A stretch of DNA of 64,000 bases from Candidatus Bipolaricaulota bacterium (GCA_025061735.1 JANXAU010000040.1:33434-97433); one strand, 5' to 3'. Numbered from the stretch's first letter, positions 28,581 to 38,508 are shown. Notes: a model not told the origin generated them from the sequence alone. Translations and numbers: made by a program.

Positions 28581-28973
28581 GCGCGAGACGATCAGCTTCA
28601 GTCTATATTCTTTGGGGTTGAGGCGGCAGCGCGTGCACGGCCTAGGCTCTAGATCGAGATAGCGCACCCGATAGCCCGCGTACTCCAACTCCGTAGGCGC
28701 TAGCATCGAATTGAGCGTCATCTGGGCTGGGGAAGCGCTCTGTGTTTGGAGTTCGAGTTCGACTTGAGCGTTGCCCTCCCAGACGCAGACGACATCGATG
28801 GGGCAGCGAGAGTCTTCTATCACCCTCACGAATCTCACGCTCAATCTCTCGATCTGCACACTATGCTCTACTCTCACCCAGAACGGCTCGTCGAGCTTGA
28901 ACAGGGCCGTCGCGGGCTGCACGCACCCCGTGAATGTCATCAACGCTACGATCAGAAGGCTCAAACGAGTCAT
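28566..28973 (-). CDS. Lipoprotein of unknown function
   Basis: Lipobox FTGC and the conserved DSRCP.DV.CVW.G motif. Confidence 0.75.
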   Translation of the reverse strand: MTRLSLLIVALMTFTGCVQPATALFKLDEPFWVRVEHSVQIERLSVRFVRVIEDSRCPIDVVCVWEGNAQVELELQTQSASPAQMTLNSMLAPTELEYAGYRVRYLDLEPRPCTRCRLNPKEYRLKLIVSRSAPP

Positions 28974-29094
28974 CTGTCTCTTCTCCCCATCCCAGAGTTG
29001 TCTTGATCTCATGACCGACTCCGGCACGTCTGCGGACGCGCCTCTGCGATTGTACTCCAAAGATCAGCTAGAATGCCACTAGAGGTGATGGCCA

Positions 29095-29196
29095 ATGGTG
29101 CTGCGTCATCGGATATCGAAGATCGGGCTGCTGATGCTGATCTACAGCGTCCCGATGCTCTTGTTGGCGTTGGTGGCCTCGTGGGCGCGTTGGTAG
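29095..29196 (+). CDS. Putative 33-aa membrane peptide MVLRHRISKIGLLMLIYSVPMLLLALVASWARW
   Basis: SD GAGGTG, upstream TAGAAT, basic N-terminus plus hydrophobic helix. Fits the intergenic gap. Confidence 0.5.
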   Translation: MVLRHRISKIGLLMLIYSVPMLLLALVASWARW

Positions 29197-29198
29197 AG

Positions 29199-31292
29199 CT
29201 AATAGACCCAAGGCCCCCCCGGCCCCTGATCCAGCCCAAACTCCGGATTGGGCGCATTCTCCCACCAGTCGGGCCACTCGTTCGACGCCCAGAAGCTCCC
29301 TGGCGCGATCTCATACGGCCCGTAAAGTTCTCGCTGACCGTTCTGGAGGATCTCGATCTGCGCCCGCACCGGACGCGCCGCCCCGCGCGCGTTGATCGCT
29401 ATCAGATAGGGCACAAACGGATAGTGTCGCTCGTTCAGAGAATAACGCTCCATACGCTCAGACTCTAAGAAGACGCCCCATTGCTCTTCAGACGGATCGC
29501 GCTTGGCACTCACCCACCGATACCCAACCCCCGGATGAAACTCCAACATCATCAGATCTACTTCAGCGTCGCCCTCCCACCTCAACGTCACTTCTAACGT
29601 CGTGTTCAGCTCCAGCGTCAGCTCGGCCGTCTCCCCCGCTCGCACGGTGATCTCCCCCCGCGCGCTTACCCTATTAGCAAGACGATACCCGTACCAAGCC
29701 GCATCTCCCCCCGAGACGAGCACTTCATACGTCCCCGGCTCGATCGCGACAAATCTAGCAGTCCCCGAAAAGTCCGTCTGGGCAAAGTACTTCTCGGTCT
29801 TCTGCTGGCGCAGGATCACGTCTACGGCAGGGATGCCTACAGGCTCGTCGTCTTCGGTGATCTGGCCGTCACGGTTGGTATCGGCGCGATTGCGCGTCAC
29901 GACTCTGATCAGCGCGACGCCGCCGTCGTCGGGGAGCGTGGTCGTCTGGACGGCGCGGGCTAGGTTGATCCTGCCCCAGCCCGTCTGAGGATCGAACCCG
30001 CGCGCTTCGATGTCGTCGGCGGTCTCTTCTAAGACTTTACGAATCTGATAGTGCGTCGCGTGCGGGAAGAGCTGCTTGAGCAGCGCCGCGCCCCCGGAGA
30101 CGTGCGGTGCGGCCATCGAAGTCCCGTCGAAGTACTCATAGAGCTTGGGCGCTCCCGTGCCGGTCTCCTCGACCCAGCGCGGAATTGCCGAGAGCACGAG
30201 TTCTCCAGGAGCCGAGACCGAGATCGCCGAGCCCATCGTGGAAAACTCCGCGCGACGGTCGCGCGCGTTGGTCGCGCCTACGCCGAGCACGCCGGGATAG
30301 TTCTTGGGATAGAGGACCTCGTCGAGTCCCGAATTCCCCATCGAATTGACGAAGACGGCTCTGTTTTCTATGACTAGATCTATGGCGTCTTTGAGGGTCT
30401 GGCTGTAGCCGCGCCCGCCCCAACTGTTGTTCAAGACGTGGGCCTCGTCGCCCGATTGTTCTAGACCGTCTGGGCCCAAGAGCGCCGCCCAGAGGAGACA
30501 GCGAGCGACGTTAAAGTCGCCCACATACCCAGAGCGATTCTCGTCGCTCACCAAGCGCGCGTTGAAGATCTGAATGGGCATGATCTTGGCATCGGGGGCG
30601 ACGCCAGCGATCCCGAAGCGATCGTTCGCCCACGCGGCGGCGATCCCCGCCACGTGCGTCGCGTGGGCCTCTTCGCCTTGAGAAGAGTCTGCATTCGGAG
30701 GGATGATCTCCCCGGTGTAGCAGTCCATCCCCGGCACTTGCTTATTTATTAGATCGGGGTGCAGGCCGTCTAGACCCGTGTCTACGATGGCGATGGTAAC
30801 GCCCTGGCCGGTTGCGCGGGCCCACGCCTCTTCGGCTCGGACTAAGTCGAGCGCGTACTGTTTCGGGCGCAACGGGTCGTTTGTGCTGAGCAGGCGCGTC
30901 TCTGCGCGTTCGACGCGGGAGCGGGGCAAGGGCGCGGGCTTGTCGCGCAGGTAGTTCGGCTCGGCGTAGCGTACCAGAGGCGCGCTCTCGCGCACGCGCC
31001 GCAGCGCCTCTCTCACGGAGAGCGTCGCGGGCAGGCGCAAGAGCGCCACCGAGATGCGCTCGATCTTCTGCTCGATCTGGGCTCCCAAGAGCTGGGCGAT
31101 CTGATGCAGCGTCGCGGTGTCACGGTAGCCCACGAGCAGCTCGCCCTCGACGAACGGCGCAGAGAGAGACGAAGCAACTCGCTTGGTCGTGGCTTTTTGA
31201 GGGGGCAAGAGCGACTCGTGCACGATCTTAGTACAGCTCACCGAGCTCCCGAAGACCAGCGCTAAACTCATCCAAAGAATCAGTTTGCGCAT
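29199..31292 (-). CDS. S8 subtilisin-like serine protease, probable lipoprotein
   Basis: Triad motifs IVDTG, HATHVAG and GTSMAAPHVSG. I9-like prodomain. SVSC lipobox-like site. Confidence 0.93.
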   Translation of the reverse strand: MRKLILWMSLALVFGSSVSCTKIVHESLLPPQKATTKRVASSLSAPFVEGELLVGYRDTATLHQIAQLLGAQIEQKIERISVALLRLPATLSVREALRRVRESAPLVRYAEPNYLRDKPAPLPRSRVERAETRLLSTNDPLRPKQYALDLVRAEEAWARATGQGVTIAIVDTGLDGLHPDLINKQVPGMDCYTGEIIPPNADSSQGEEAHATHVAGIAAAWANDRFGIAGVAPDAKIMPIQIFNARLVSDENRSGYVGDFNVARCLLWAALLGPDGLEQSGDEAHVLNNSWGGRGYSQTLKDAIDLVIENRAVFVNSMGNSGLDEVLYPKNYPGVLGVGATNARDRRAEFSTMGSAISVSAPGELVLSAIPRWVEETGTGAPKLYEYFDGTSMAAPHVSGGAALLKQLFPHATHYQIRKVLEETADDIEARGFDPQTGWGRINLARAVQTTTLPDDGGVALIRVVTRNRADTNRDGQITEDDEPVGIPAVDVILRQQKTEKYFAQTDFSGTARFVAIEPGTYEVLVSGGDAAWYGYRLANRVSARGEITVRAGETAELTLELNTTLEVTLRWEGDAEVDLMMLEFHPGVGYRWVSAKRDPSEEQWGVFLESERMERYSLNERHYPFVPYLIAINARGAARPVRAQIEILQNGQRELYGPYEIAPGSFWASNEWPDWWENAPNPEFGLDQGPGGPWVY

Positions 31293-31295
31293 ACG

Positions 31296-32753
31296 TCACT
31301 CTCCTGTGGTGAAGCTGAAGTGCTCTGTCGCGGTCACGCCGACGGTAGGCAAGCCCGTGTCCAATTGAAAGCGATCTACGGCAATCGAGATCGCGGTTGG
31401 GTTTTCTGCATCGTCGAGCGCGACGGCATAGGCGATCTCCCACTCGTAGATGCGATAGGGCTGAAGCGTCTCCCAAGGGGTCTGATTGAGCCTCCCGTCT
31501 TCGTTCCACGTGACCTGCGTATCGTTCTCAATGAACTCTTTGGGCGGCTCCGGGCCGACCCACCACGACGTATCCCCTAAGACAGAATCTCTCAAGACGA
31601 CGGCGTAGCGTTGGACCTTGCCAACGCGCGGCACGGGCTTCCACCGGAACGTCGGGCGCCGGCTGACGTTGATGGCCCCATCGGCGGGCGAGAGCAATCT
31701 CACGGTGAAGGGCTTGAGGGGAATGGTGCTCACGATGGGGGTTGGGGGGCCTTCGTCGCTGCCCAAGAACGAACGCAGATAATAATAGACGGGCTGTCCT
31801 ACGCGCAATAGGGGGCTAGCATCGCTGAAGATGGTCCGCTGCGGGGGCACCGTACCGATGGGTTCAAACTCTTTTCCGTCGAAGCTGCGGTAGACCCTGT
31901 AGCCCGTCAGGCCGGGGCGCGGGCTGGGCTTGAAGCGCAACTGCACGAAAAGATTGGTATTAGGAGGAGCAGCTTCGATCTTGAGCGGTGGCCCCTCTTT
32001 GAGTGGGACTGTGAGATCTCTGAGAAAAGCGACTTGTTGTCCCACGGTGACGGCAATCGCTTTCAGGTCGGTCGGGGGAGAGAGTTCGCCGCCTGCAAAT
32101 AAAATCTCAATCGAGCGAATCACGTGAGTTCGATTGTTGTTGACGTCATAGACGACGACTTCAAAGGTCGTCGGGCCGTGGACGCCAAAGAGCGACGGCT
32201 CGATGATCTGCTCTCCCGTTGAGGAGGTGCTGAAGAACGCCTGTCGCGGCGCGGTGAGCAGCGACGCGCCGGGGGTCTTGCCCAGCGCGACGTAAATCAC
32301 GCTGATGTCGTTCTCGCCGCGCGCGCGGACTTGATAGGGGATCGGCCCCCAGAGGCGATCCCCCTCGGAGACGCCTTCCAGCTCGACTTCCGGAGGCCGC
32401 GTCGCCCAGCGGGGATTGAACGCTCGCTGCTGCAAGATCGTGATCTGCGCGTCTTGGCGCACGTCCAGACCGATGACCCGACTCCCCGCGTAGTCGGGCT
32501 TCTGGGCGTCTATCTGATAGCGATCGGGCTTAAGCATCACGACAAAGCGCCCGGAGGAGTCGGTCTGCGCGCGTGCGCGATAGCCCGTCGTCAGCCCCAG
32601 AAATGACAACTGTGTCTGGGGAACAGGTTCGCCGGCGTTGGCGTTGAGCACGCGGCCCTCCAAGCGAGCGCGAGGGACCGCCGGCCAAAGAGATACACAA
32701 CCGCTCAAGAGAATCAAAATTATCGCAAGCAGAGCGCTGAACCGTATGAGCAT
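31296..32753 (-). CDS. Lipoprotein with carboxypeptidase-regulatory-like and FN3-like domains
   Basis: LSGC lipobox, G.V.NA..GEP, GYRVYRS, YYY beta-sandwich patterns. Confidence 0.75.
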   Translation of the reverse strand: MLIRFSALLAIILILLSGCVSLWPAVPRARLEGRVLNANAGEPVPQTQLSFLGLTTGYRARAQTDSSGRFVVMLKPDRYQIDAQKPDYAGSRVIGLDVRQDAQITILQQRAFNPRWATRPPEVELEGVSEGDRLWGPIPYQVRARGENDISVIYVALGKTPGASLLTAPRQAFFSTSSTGEQIIEPSLFGVHGPTTFEVVVYDVNNNRTHVIRSIEILFAGGELSPPTDLKAIAVTVGQQVAFLRDLTVPLKEGPPLKIEAAPPNTNLFVQLRFKPSPRPGLTGYRVYRSFDGKEFEPIGTVPPQRTIFSDASPLLRVGQPVYYYLRSFLGSDEGPPTPIVSTIPLKPFTVRLLSPADGAINVSRRPTFRWKPVPRVGKVQRYAVVLRDSVLGDTSWWVGPEPPKEFIENDTQVTWNEDGRLNQTPWETLQPYRIYEWEIAYAVALDDAENPTAISIAVDRFQLDTGLPTVGVTATEHFSFTTGE

Positions 32754-32784
32754 CGTGAGACCCCCTCTTGTCTTTTTTATTTTT

Positions 32785-33774
32785 TTATTCGTGAAACTCC
32801 AAGAGATCGCCATCTTGCACGACATGATGTCTCTCTACGCGCTGGCCAGCGAACTCCGCCGACCCCCAGACGCGCGCGTACTTGAATCTCTCTGCGAGCT
32901 CTTGATGGATCGCCCGCGCCACGTCGGTCACGGTGCTCCCGACGGGCAGCACATACGGCTGATCTTTCTTAAACGGCTGCCCCGGCTTTTTAGTATAGAC
33001 GCGCACGATACGCAACACCCTGAAAAAGAGCTTTTTCATCTCGTTCAGCCCCTCCCCAGAGATCGTCGAGACCGCGGCCGTCTCGAACTCGTCCCCGACC
33101 AGAGCACGCAACTGCGAGAATCGCGCTTCCGCGCCGTCTGCGTCGCGCTTGATCCCTACGACGACCGCGCGCTTGACCGCGCCGGGGCCGTCTCGCGGGG
33201 GAGCGTCTCTTCCTATCAGACCGATGCGTGCTTTCTCTAACCAACCCAGCGCCGTCAGATAATCGTCCTCGACGCTCTCTGACGAGAGATCTATCAAGAG
33301 TGCCACGGCGTCGCTGTTGCGAATGAGACTATAGACCCACGGCTCGGTATATTCTGACAACGGCGGCAGATCGATGAGCTGAATCTGAATATCTTCAAAG
33401 GGCATCATGCCCACCGTCGGGCGAAACGTAGAGAAGGGGTAGTCGGCGATCTCGGGTTTGGCGTGGGTAACGGCTGCTAAGAGCGATGATTTTCCACAGT
33501 TGGGCAAGCCCACCAGAGCGATCTGTCCCGCGCCTTCGCGCTCGATGTGATCATACGCGGGGCCGCGTGCACCCTTCTTCTTCTGTTGCTGTTGGATTTC
33601 TTCCTGGAGCTTGCTCCACTTGCGCTTCAGCTCGACGCGCAACTTCTCTGTGCCCTTGTGCTTGGGCACCAGAGACATCAGCTCTTTGAGGATCTCTAAC
33701 TTCTCTTCGGGCGTCTTCGCTGCACGGAAGCGCAGCTCGGCTTGGATATACTCTGGCGGTAGATTCGCCGGCAT
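32785..33774 (-). CDS. DRG/OBG-family GTPase with TGS domain
   Basis: MPANLPPEY, PKHKGTEK, GKSSL, ADYPFST, YTK.PG, ARVWG. Confidence 0.88.
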   Translation of the reverse strand: MPANLPPEYIQAELRFRAAKTPEEKLEILKELMSLVPKHKGTEKLRVELKRKWSKLQEEIQQQQKKKGARGPAYDHIEREGAGQIALVGLPNCGKSSLLAAVTHAKPEIADYPFSTFRPTVGMMPFEDIQIQLIDLPPLSEYTEPWVYSLIRNSDAVALLIDLSSESVEDDYLTALGWLEKARIGLIGRDAPPRDGPGAVKRAVVVGIKRDADGAEARFSQLRALVGDEFETAAVSTISGEGLNEMKKLFFRVLRIVRVYTKKPGQPFKKDQPYVLPVGSTVTDVARAIHQELAERFKYARVWGSAEFAGQRVERHHVVQDGDLLEFHE

Positions 33775-33825
33775 CGCCGATCACCGAGACTATTTAAGCG
33801 AGCGCGCGCGCGAACGTCAACTGTG

Positions 33826-33902
33826 AAGGCCCTCACCCCGGCCTTGCGGCCACCCCTCTCCCGTAGGTGACCTACGGGAGAGGGGACGGGGGTGAGGGCC
33901 TT
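33826..33902. repeat. Intact REP-like nested palindrome
   Basis: 14-bp terminal inverted repeat AAGGCCCTCACCCC and inner 15-bp stem CCCCTCTCCCGTAGG/CCTACGGGAGAGGGG. Confidence 0.9.
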
Positions 33903-33975
33903 GGATACTTCTACCATCTATTGAGCAATTCCGCTATAATGTTGTCATCTCGTCAAAAAGCAGGTGATTCAGCCC

Positions 33976-34959
33976 ATGCGCAAAATTTTTATGAGTCTCG
34001 CCGCGCTCCTCTCCGTGGTCTTACTGGTCTCTCTGAGCGCTTCTCTCGCCCCTGCGTCGCTGAGTTCGACGGCCATCGTTGGGGAGATCATCAGCCAAGT
34101 AGATGAGCAGAACTTAAAAACCCATATCTGTTACTGGCAATCCCAAGAGGGAGGCGAATCGTGCAACCCCTTGGGGTCGCGCTGGTCGTGCCTGCCCACA
34201 GCGATAGACCGCGCCCTCGACTACGGACGCCGCTACTTTGAGAGCGTAGGGTTGAGAGTGCGGGTAGATAATTACAGTTTGGCTTGCCGTGCTGGGCCTT
34301 CGAGCAATCTCGAGGCCGAGCTGCCCGGCACTGAAAGCACTAAGCTCGTGCTGATCACAGCCCATCTTGATAGCACCATCTTCGGTGTCAGCCCCAGCCA
34401 GCCAACCCCAGGAGCCGACGACAACGCCAGCGGCAGCGCCGCCGTTCTAGAAGCCGCGCGCATCTTGAGCCAGTATCGCTTCAAACACACTATACGCTTT
34501 GTGCTCTTCACTGGAGAAGAGCAGGGCCTCATTGGGAGCCGGGCCTATGCGAGTCGTCTGGCGAGCCAAGGCGCTCAGATCTTGGGAGTCTTCAATATGG
34601 ACATGATCGGCTACGACAGCGACAAAGACGGGGTGTTTGAGATTCACGCGGGGACGCGCGAAGGCCCGCTCGCGCTCGCCCAATTGATGGTCAACACGCT
34701 CAAGGCTTTTGAGATCAAGCTGACGCCCGATGTCTTAGAGAACGGCGCGACCAACCGCAGCGATCACGCCGCGTTCTGGCGCTATAACTATCCCGCCGTC
34801 TTGGTGATCGAGGACAGCGAGTACGGCAAGACCGACGATTTCAATCCCTACTATCACTCGGTGAACGATACGCTGGACAAGCTCGATCTCTCGTATGCCA
34901 AGCGCATTGCGCAGGCTGTGATTGGCGCGGCAGCGCAGCTTGCCGAGCCAACCCCATAA
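33976..34959 (+). CDS. Secreted M28 metallopeptidase, copy 1
   Basis: AHLDS, GADDNASG, GEEQGL.GS, NMDM, RSDH, YH. Confidence 0.9.
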   Translation: MRKIFMSLAALLSVVLLVSLSASLAPASLSSTAIVGEIISQVDEQNLKTHICYWQSQEGGESCNPLGSRWSCLPTAIDRALDYGRRYFESVGLRVRVDNYSLACRAGPSSNLEAELPGTESTKLVLITAHLDSTIFGVSPSQPTPGADDNASGSAAVLEAARILSQYRFKHTIRFVLFTGEEQGLIGSRAYASRLASQGAQILGVFNMDMIGYDSDKDGVFEIHAGTREGPLALAQLMVNTLKAFEIKLTPDVLENGATNRSDHAAFWRYNYPAVLVIEDSEYGKTDDFNPYYHSVNDTLDKLDLSYAKRIAQAVIGAAAQLAEPTP

Positions 34960-34985
34960 AGAGCCTGCAGAAGGAGGTGAACTCC

Positions 34986-35966
34986 ATGCGCTCGGTGCTT
35001 GTAGTTGGTCTGGCACTCTGGGGAGGTCTAGGGATAATCTCTACCGGCTTCGTCCAACTACAGTCCTCTCTCATCGCGGAAATCATTCAGCAAGTTGACG
35101 AAGAGCGGCTGCGGGAGCACATCTGTCAGCTTCAGTCCCGCGAAGGCGGCGAGTACTGCAACGAGGACGGCTCACGCTGGTCTTGCGATGCGAGCGCCAT
35201 CGATCGTGCGACCAACTACGCACGCCAGTACCTTGAAAGCTTGGGGCTGAAGATGCGCCTTGTGCCGTACTCTCTTGATTGCCGACAAGGGCCTTCTTAC
35301 AACCTCGAGGCGGAGCTGCCCGGCACCGAAAGCGCTAAGCTCGTGCTGATCACAGCCCATCTCGACAGCATTATCTTGGGCATCCGCCCAAGCTATCCAG
35401 CTCCAGGAGCCGACGACAACGCCAGCGGCAGCGCGGCTGTGTTAGAAGCCGCACGCGTCTTGAGCAAGTATCGCTTCAAACACACTATACGCTTTGTGCT
35501 CTTCACCGGCGAAGAGCAACGTATGATCGGTAGCAGCGCCTATGCTTCGGAGCTAGCCCGTAAGAACGTTTCGATCCTAGGGGTCTTCAACGTGGACATG
35601 ATCGGCTACGATAGTGACAATAACGGGTTCTTTGAGATATGGGTAGGAATTAGATCTGAAGAGGTGTTCAAGGGATCGTGGCGCCTGGCTGAGCTGATCA
35701 CCAAGACCATCGAAGCCCATAAGCTGAAGCTGGTTCCGGAAGTGCTCAATGATCCGGGAAGAGGTGGGGATCAAGCGCTTTTTTGGCGATGGGGATATGC
35801 GGCTGTCATGGTGATCGAAGACTCCGAGTACGGCGCGACGGATGATTTCAATCCGGGCTATCATACTCCTCTCGATGTGCTGCGTTTTCTCAATTTGGCT
35901 TATATGAAGCGTATGGCGCAAGCTGTCATCGGCGCGGCAGCGCAGCTTGCCGAGCCGGTGCCGTAG
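34986..35966 (+). CDS. Secreted M28 metallopeptidase, copy 2
   Basis: Tandem paralog with the same metal ligands. SD GGAGGTG. Confidence 0.9.
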   Translation: MRSVLVVGLALWGGLGIISTGFVQLQSSLIAEIIQQVDEERLREHICQLQSREGGEYCNEDGSRWSCDASAIDRATNYARQYLESLGLKMRLVPYSLDCRQGPSYNLEAELPGTESAKLVLITAHLDSIILGIRPSYPAPGADDNASGSAAVLEAARVLSKYRFKHTIRFVLFTGEEQRMIGSSAYASELARKNVSILGVFNVDMIGYDSDNNGFFEIWVGIRSEEVFKGSWRLAELITKTIEAHKLKLVPEVLNDPGRGGDQALFWRWGYAAVMVIEDSEYGATDDFNPGYHTPLDVLRFLNLAYMKRMAQAVIGAAAQLAEPVP

Positions 35967-35968
35967 GG

Positions 35969-36727
35969 TTACCGAATCGCGCGGAGAAAGCTCTGCACGC
36001 CGTCAGCGATGAGGTTCTGCACCCCTGTGCAGAGCCATTGAAAACCCTTGGACTTCCAATGCCGATAGGCCTCCGGCGTGCGGGCAATCGTCCCGACGAT
36101 CTTGCCGGCAGCGCGCGCCTTGGCTCCTAGATCTTCGATGAGCGAGACCACTCTGGGATGCTGCGTCTCTCCGGGAATGCCCAGAGCCGACGAGAGATCC
36201 GACGGGCCGAAGAAGATCACATCGGCTTCTTGGACTGAAAGAATCTCCGAAAGATTTTCTATGCCCTCGAGCGTTTCGATCTGCAGGGCGATCAGGGTCT
36301 CTTGATTGGAGAGGCGCACGTGCTCTGTGAGTCCGCCGGAGCCGAAGCCCCAGTGGGAGACTCGCGCGGCAGCGAGGCCGCGCTTGCCCACCGGCGGGTA
36401 CTTCACGGCTTCAATCAGACGCTGCGCGTCGGCTTTGGTGTTCACCATGGGGAAGAGAAGATTGAGCGCGCCGCTTTCTAAGTATTTCTGAATCACTTGG
36501 GGATGGTGCTCGCCGATGCGGGTGACGCACGCGAGCTGGCGCAGCTCAGCGGCGCGATAGAGGTCTTCAGCGCGTTCGGGCGTCAGCCCCGAATGCTCCC
36601 CATCGAGGATGACAAAGTCTAAGCCCAACAGACCCAACAGCTCGATGAGCGTTGCGGAGTGAATGGTCGAGAAAGCGCCGAAGAGCGTTTCGCCTTTGTA
36701 TAGGCGCTCTTTGAGCGAGTTCTTCAT
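35969..36727 (-). CDS. HpcH/HpaI aldolase family protein
   Basis: DGEH, YPPVGKRG, QIET, FFGPSDLS. Confidence 0.9.
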   Translation of the reverse strand: MKNSLKERLYKGETLFGAFSTIHSATLIELLGLLGLDFVILDGEHSGLTPERAEDLYRAAELRQLACVTRIGEHHPQVIQKYLESGALNLLFPMVNTKADAQRLIEAVKYPPVGKRGLAAARVSHWGFGSGGLTEHVRLSNQETLIALQIETLEGIENLSEILSVQEADVIFFGPSDLSSALGIPGETQHPRVVSLIEDLGAKARAAGKIVGTIARTPEAYRHWKSKGFQWLCTGVQNLIADGVQSFLRAIR

Positions 36728-37995
36728 GGCTTGGCTCGCAGCGCTGCCAGCTCGGCTTGGCGCGCGTAGTCTATCGCCTCGCCCAAGATGCGCGCTGCTT
36801 CTTGGGGACTGTGAAAGCCCATGCTGTTCTCTGCCGAGATGAAGTCCCAACGCATCTGCGCCTTGCGGTGCAAGAGCCGGGCTTCTTGCAACGCTTCGTC
36901 GCTCGCTCCCGCTTCTTTGGCGGCCTTGATCGCATCTATAGCAGAGATGATCGCCTCTTCGGCGCGCACCATCAGACTATACGTTCGATCTTGAATCCGC
37001 TCGACACGCGCGCGCAGCTCCTGCTCCGAAGTCCGATGACACGTCATGCACGAGCCGGCAATGTTCAGTAATGGGCTGCGCACCCAGTGATCGCTAATTT
37101 TGATAGCACCCTCGCGCTTGTAGGGCATGTGACAATCGGCGCACGAGACCCCCGCTTGGTAGTGAATCCCCGTAGTAAATAGCTCAAATTCGGGATGCTG
37201 CATCTTCAAAATAGGCGCGCCCGTCTCGGCGTGCACAAAGTCTCGAAAGCCGTACTCGTCGTAGAACTTCTCGATGTCATCCACAGTAAAGCCCTTGTCC
37301 CATGGGAAGACCAGATATTTTCCGTCGCCGCGGAAGTAGTACTCGACGTGGCACTGAGCGCAGACGAAGGTGCGCATCTCTTGGCGCGTCGCTTGGGAGA
37401 GGTCTATCCCGCGGCGCTGCATCGCTTCGAGAAACGCCGGGCGCGAGATTCTCAAGTTCATCGTCTTAGAGTCGTGACAGTCTACGCACGAGACGCCGTG
37501 CTGGGCCTTCGCGGCCCATTCCGCAAAGGGCGTCGCGTAGAACCGCGCCGGGCTGCCGGCCTCTTCTAAGAACTGCGAGACGTTGCCGCTCTTACACGTC
37601 ATGCACGTCCCGGCTTTGGGTTCGCGCAGGGTCTCCTTCACGTCTGCCAACGACCACGCGTGGCCGCGATCTTCTTTGTAGTCCACCGAGAAGGGGTTTC
37701 CGGCGAAGAGCCTCTTCAGTCTGGGATTCTCGTCGAGCTTCTGATAGGGCACCGAGCCGCCGTACTTGGTGCGCTCAGTGGACTCGCGTGTGCGCAGATA
37801 GCCTGCGTACTGTCGGGGCCAATTCTGCCCCCACACCGACGGGTCCGGCTCGTTCTGGGCGATCTCGATCAAGCGTCGCACTGCTTCTTCCCCTTCGCGC
37901 TTGCGCTCCATGATGTTGACCAAGAGCGCTGTCACCGCTGCAGTCACGCCTACGATCAGCACGAAGAGCACGCTCCATAACAAGATGCGCTTCAT
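36724..37995 (-). CDS. nrfA: Cytochrome c nitrite reductase catalytic subunit
   Basis: CxxCK (CMTCK) plus four CxxCH, CAQCHVEYY, KMQHPEFE, AENSMGFH. Confidence 0.95.
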   Translation of the reverse strand: MKRILLWSVLFVLIVGVTAAVTALLVNIMERKREGEEAVRRLIEIAQNEPDPSVWGQNWPRQYAGYLRTRESTERTKYGGSVPYQKLDENPRLKRLFAGNPFSVDYKEDRGHAWSLADVKETLREPKAGTCMTCKSGNVSQFLEEAGSPARFYATPFAEWAAKAQHGVSCVDCHDSKTMNLRISRPAFLEAMQRRGIDLSQATRQEMRTFVCAQCHVEYYFRGDGKYLVFPWDKGFTVDDIEKFYDEYGFRDFVHAETGAPILKMQHPEFELFTTGIHYQAGVSCADCHMPYKREGAIKISDHWVRSPLLNIAGSCMTCHRTSEQELRARVERIQDRTYSLMVRAEEAIISAIDAIKAAKEAGASDEALQEARLLHRKAQMRWDFISAENSMGFHSPQEAARILGEAIDYARQAELAALRAKP

Positions 37996-38028
37996 CGCTA
38001 CCTCCTTGTCAGTATCTTTACTTAGCGC

Positions 38029-38052
38029 AGCGAAGAATCCAGACTCTTCGCT
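38029..38052. repeat. Intergenic hairpin between nrfH and nrfA
   Basis: AGCGAAGA-8 nt-TCTTCGCT. Confidence 0.55.
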
Positions 38053-38061
38053 CTGGGACAG

Positions 38062-38508
38062 CTACGGCCCATGTCCTACCCCGCGATGACACTCAAAGCA
38101 CGCTCGGTCGAAGTTCGCCTCGTGGACGATCTCGCTGACGATCGTCTGATGGCACTCGATACAGTTCAATTGTAGCAATTGACGATTGCCCTCGGTCAGC
38201 CGAATGGGTTCGGGAAAATTTTGCAACGTGAACGCTACGGAGTGATGGAAGCCGTTGCGCGCTTTGGAGAGCCATTTGCCCACCAGATCGTGCGGCACGT
38301 GACAGGCATTGCACGTAGCGACGGCCTGATGGCTAGAGCGCGACCAGGAGTTATAGACGTCGTTCATGATATGACAATTGACGCAGGCTTTGGGGTCGTC
38401 GGAGAGATAAGACCCTCCGCGCGCGTAGATGAACGTGAATAGGCCGATCCCCATTGCGATACCTAGTGCTACAAAGACAGCGATCTTGAGCCAGAGCCAA
38501 GCGCGCAT
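38062..38508 (-). CDS. nrfH: Cytochrome c nitrite reductase small subunit
   Basis: N-terminal TM, SYLSDDP.ACVNCH, four CxxCH, C-terminal GHG. Confidence 0.95.
   Translation of the reverse strand: MRAWLWLKIAVFVALGIAMGIGLFTFIYARGGSYLSDDPKACVNCHIMNDVYNSWSRSSHQAVATCNACHVPHDLVGKWLSKARNGFHHSVAFTLQNFPEPIRLTEGNRQLLQLNCIECHQTIVSEIVHEANFDRACFECHRGVGHGP

Noticed and set aside
29073-29468. 131-aa plus-strand ORF
   Set aside because: Mostly antisense to the S8 protease. The SD spacing fits the 33-aa ORF at 29095 better.
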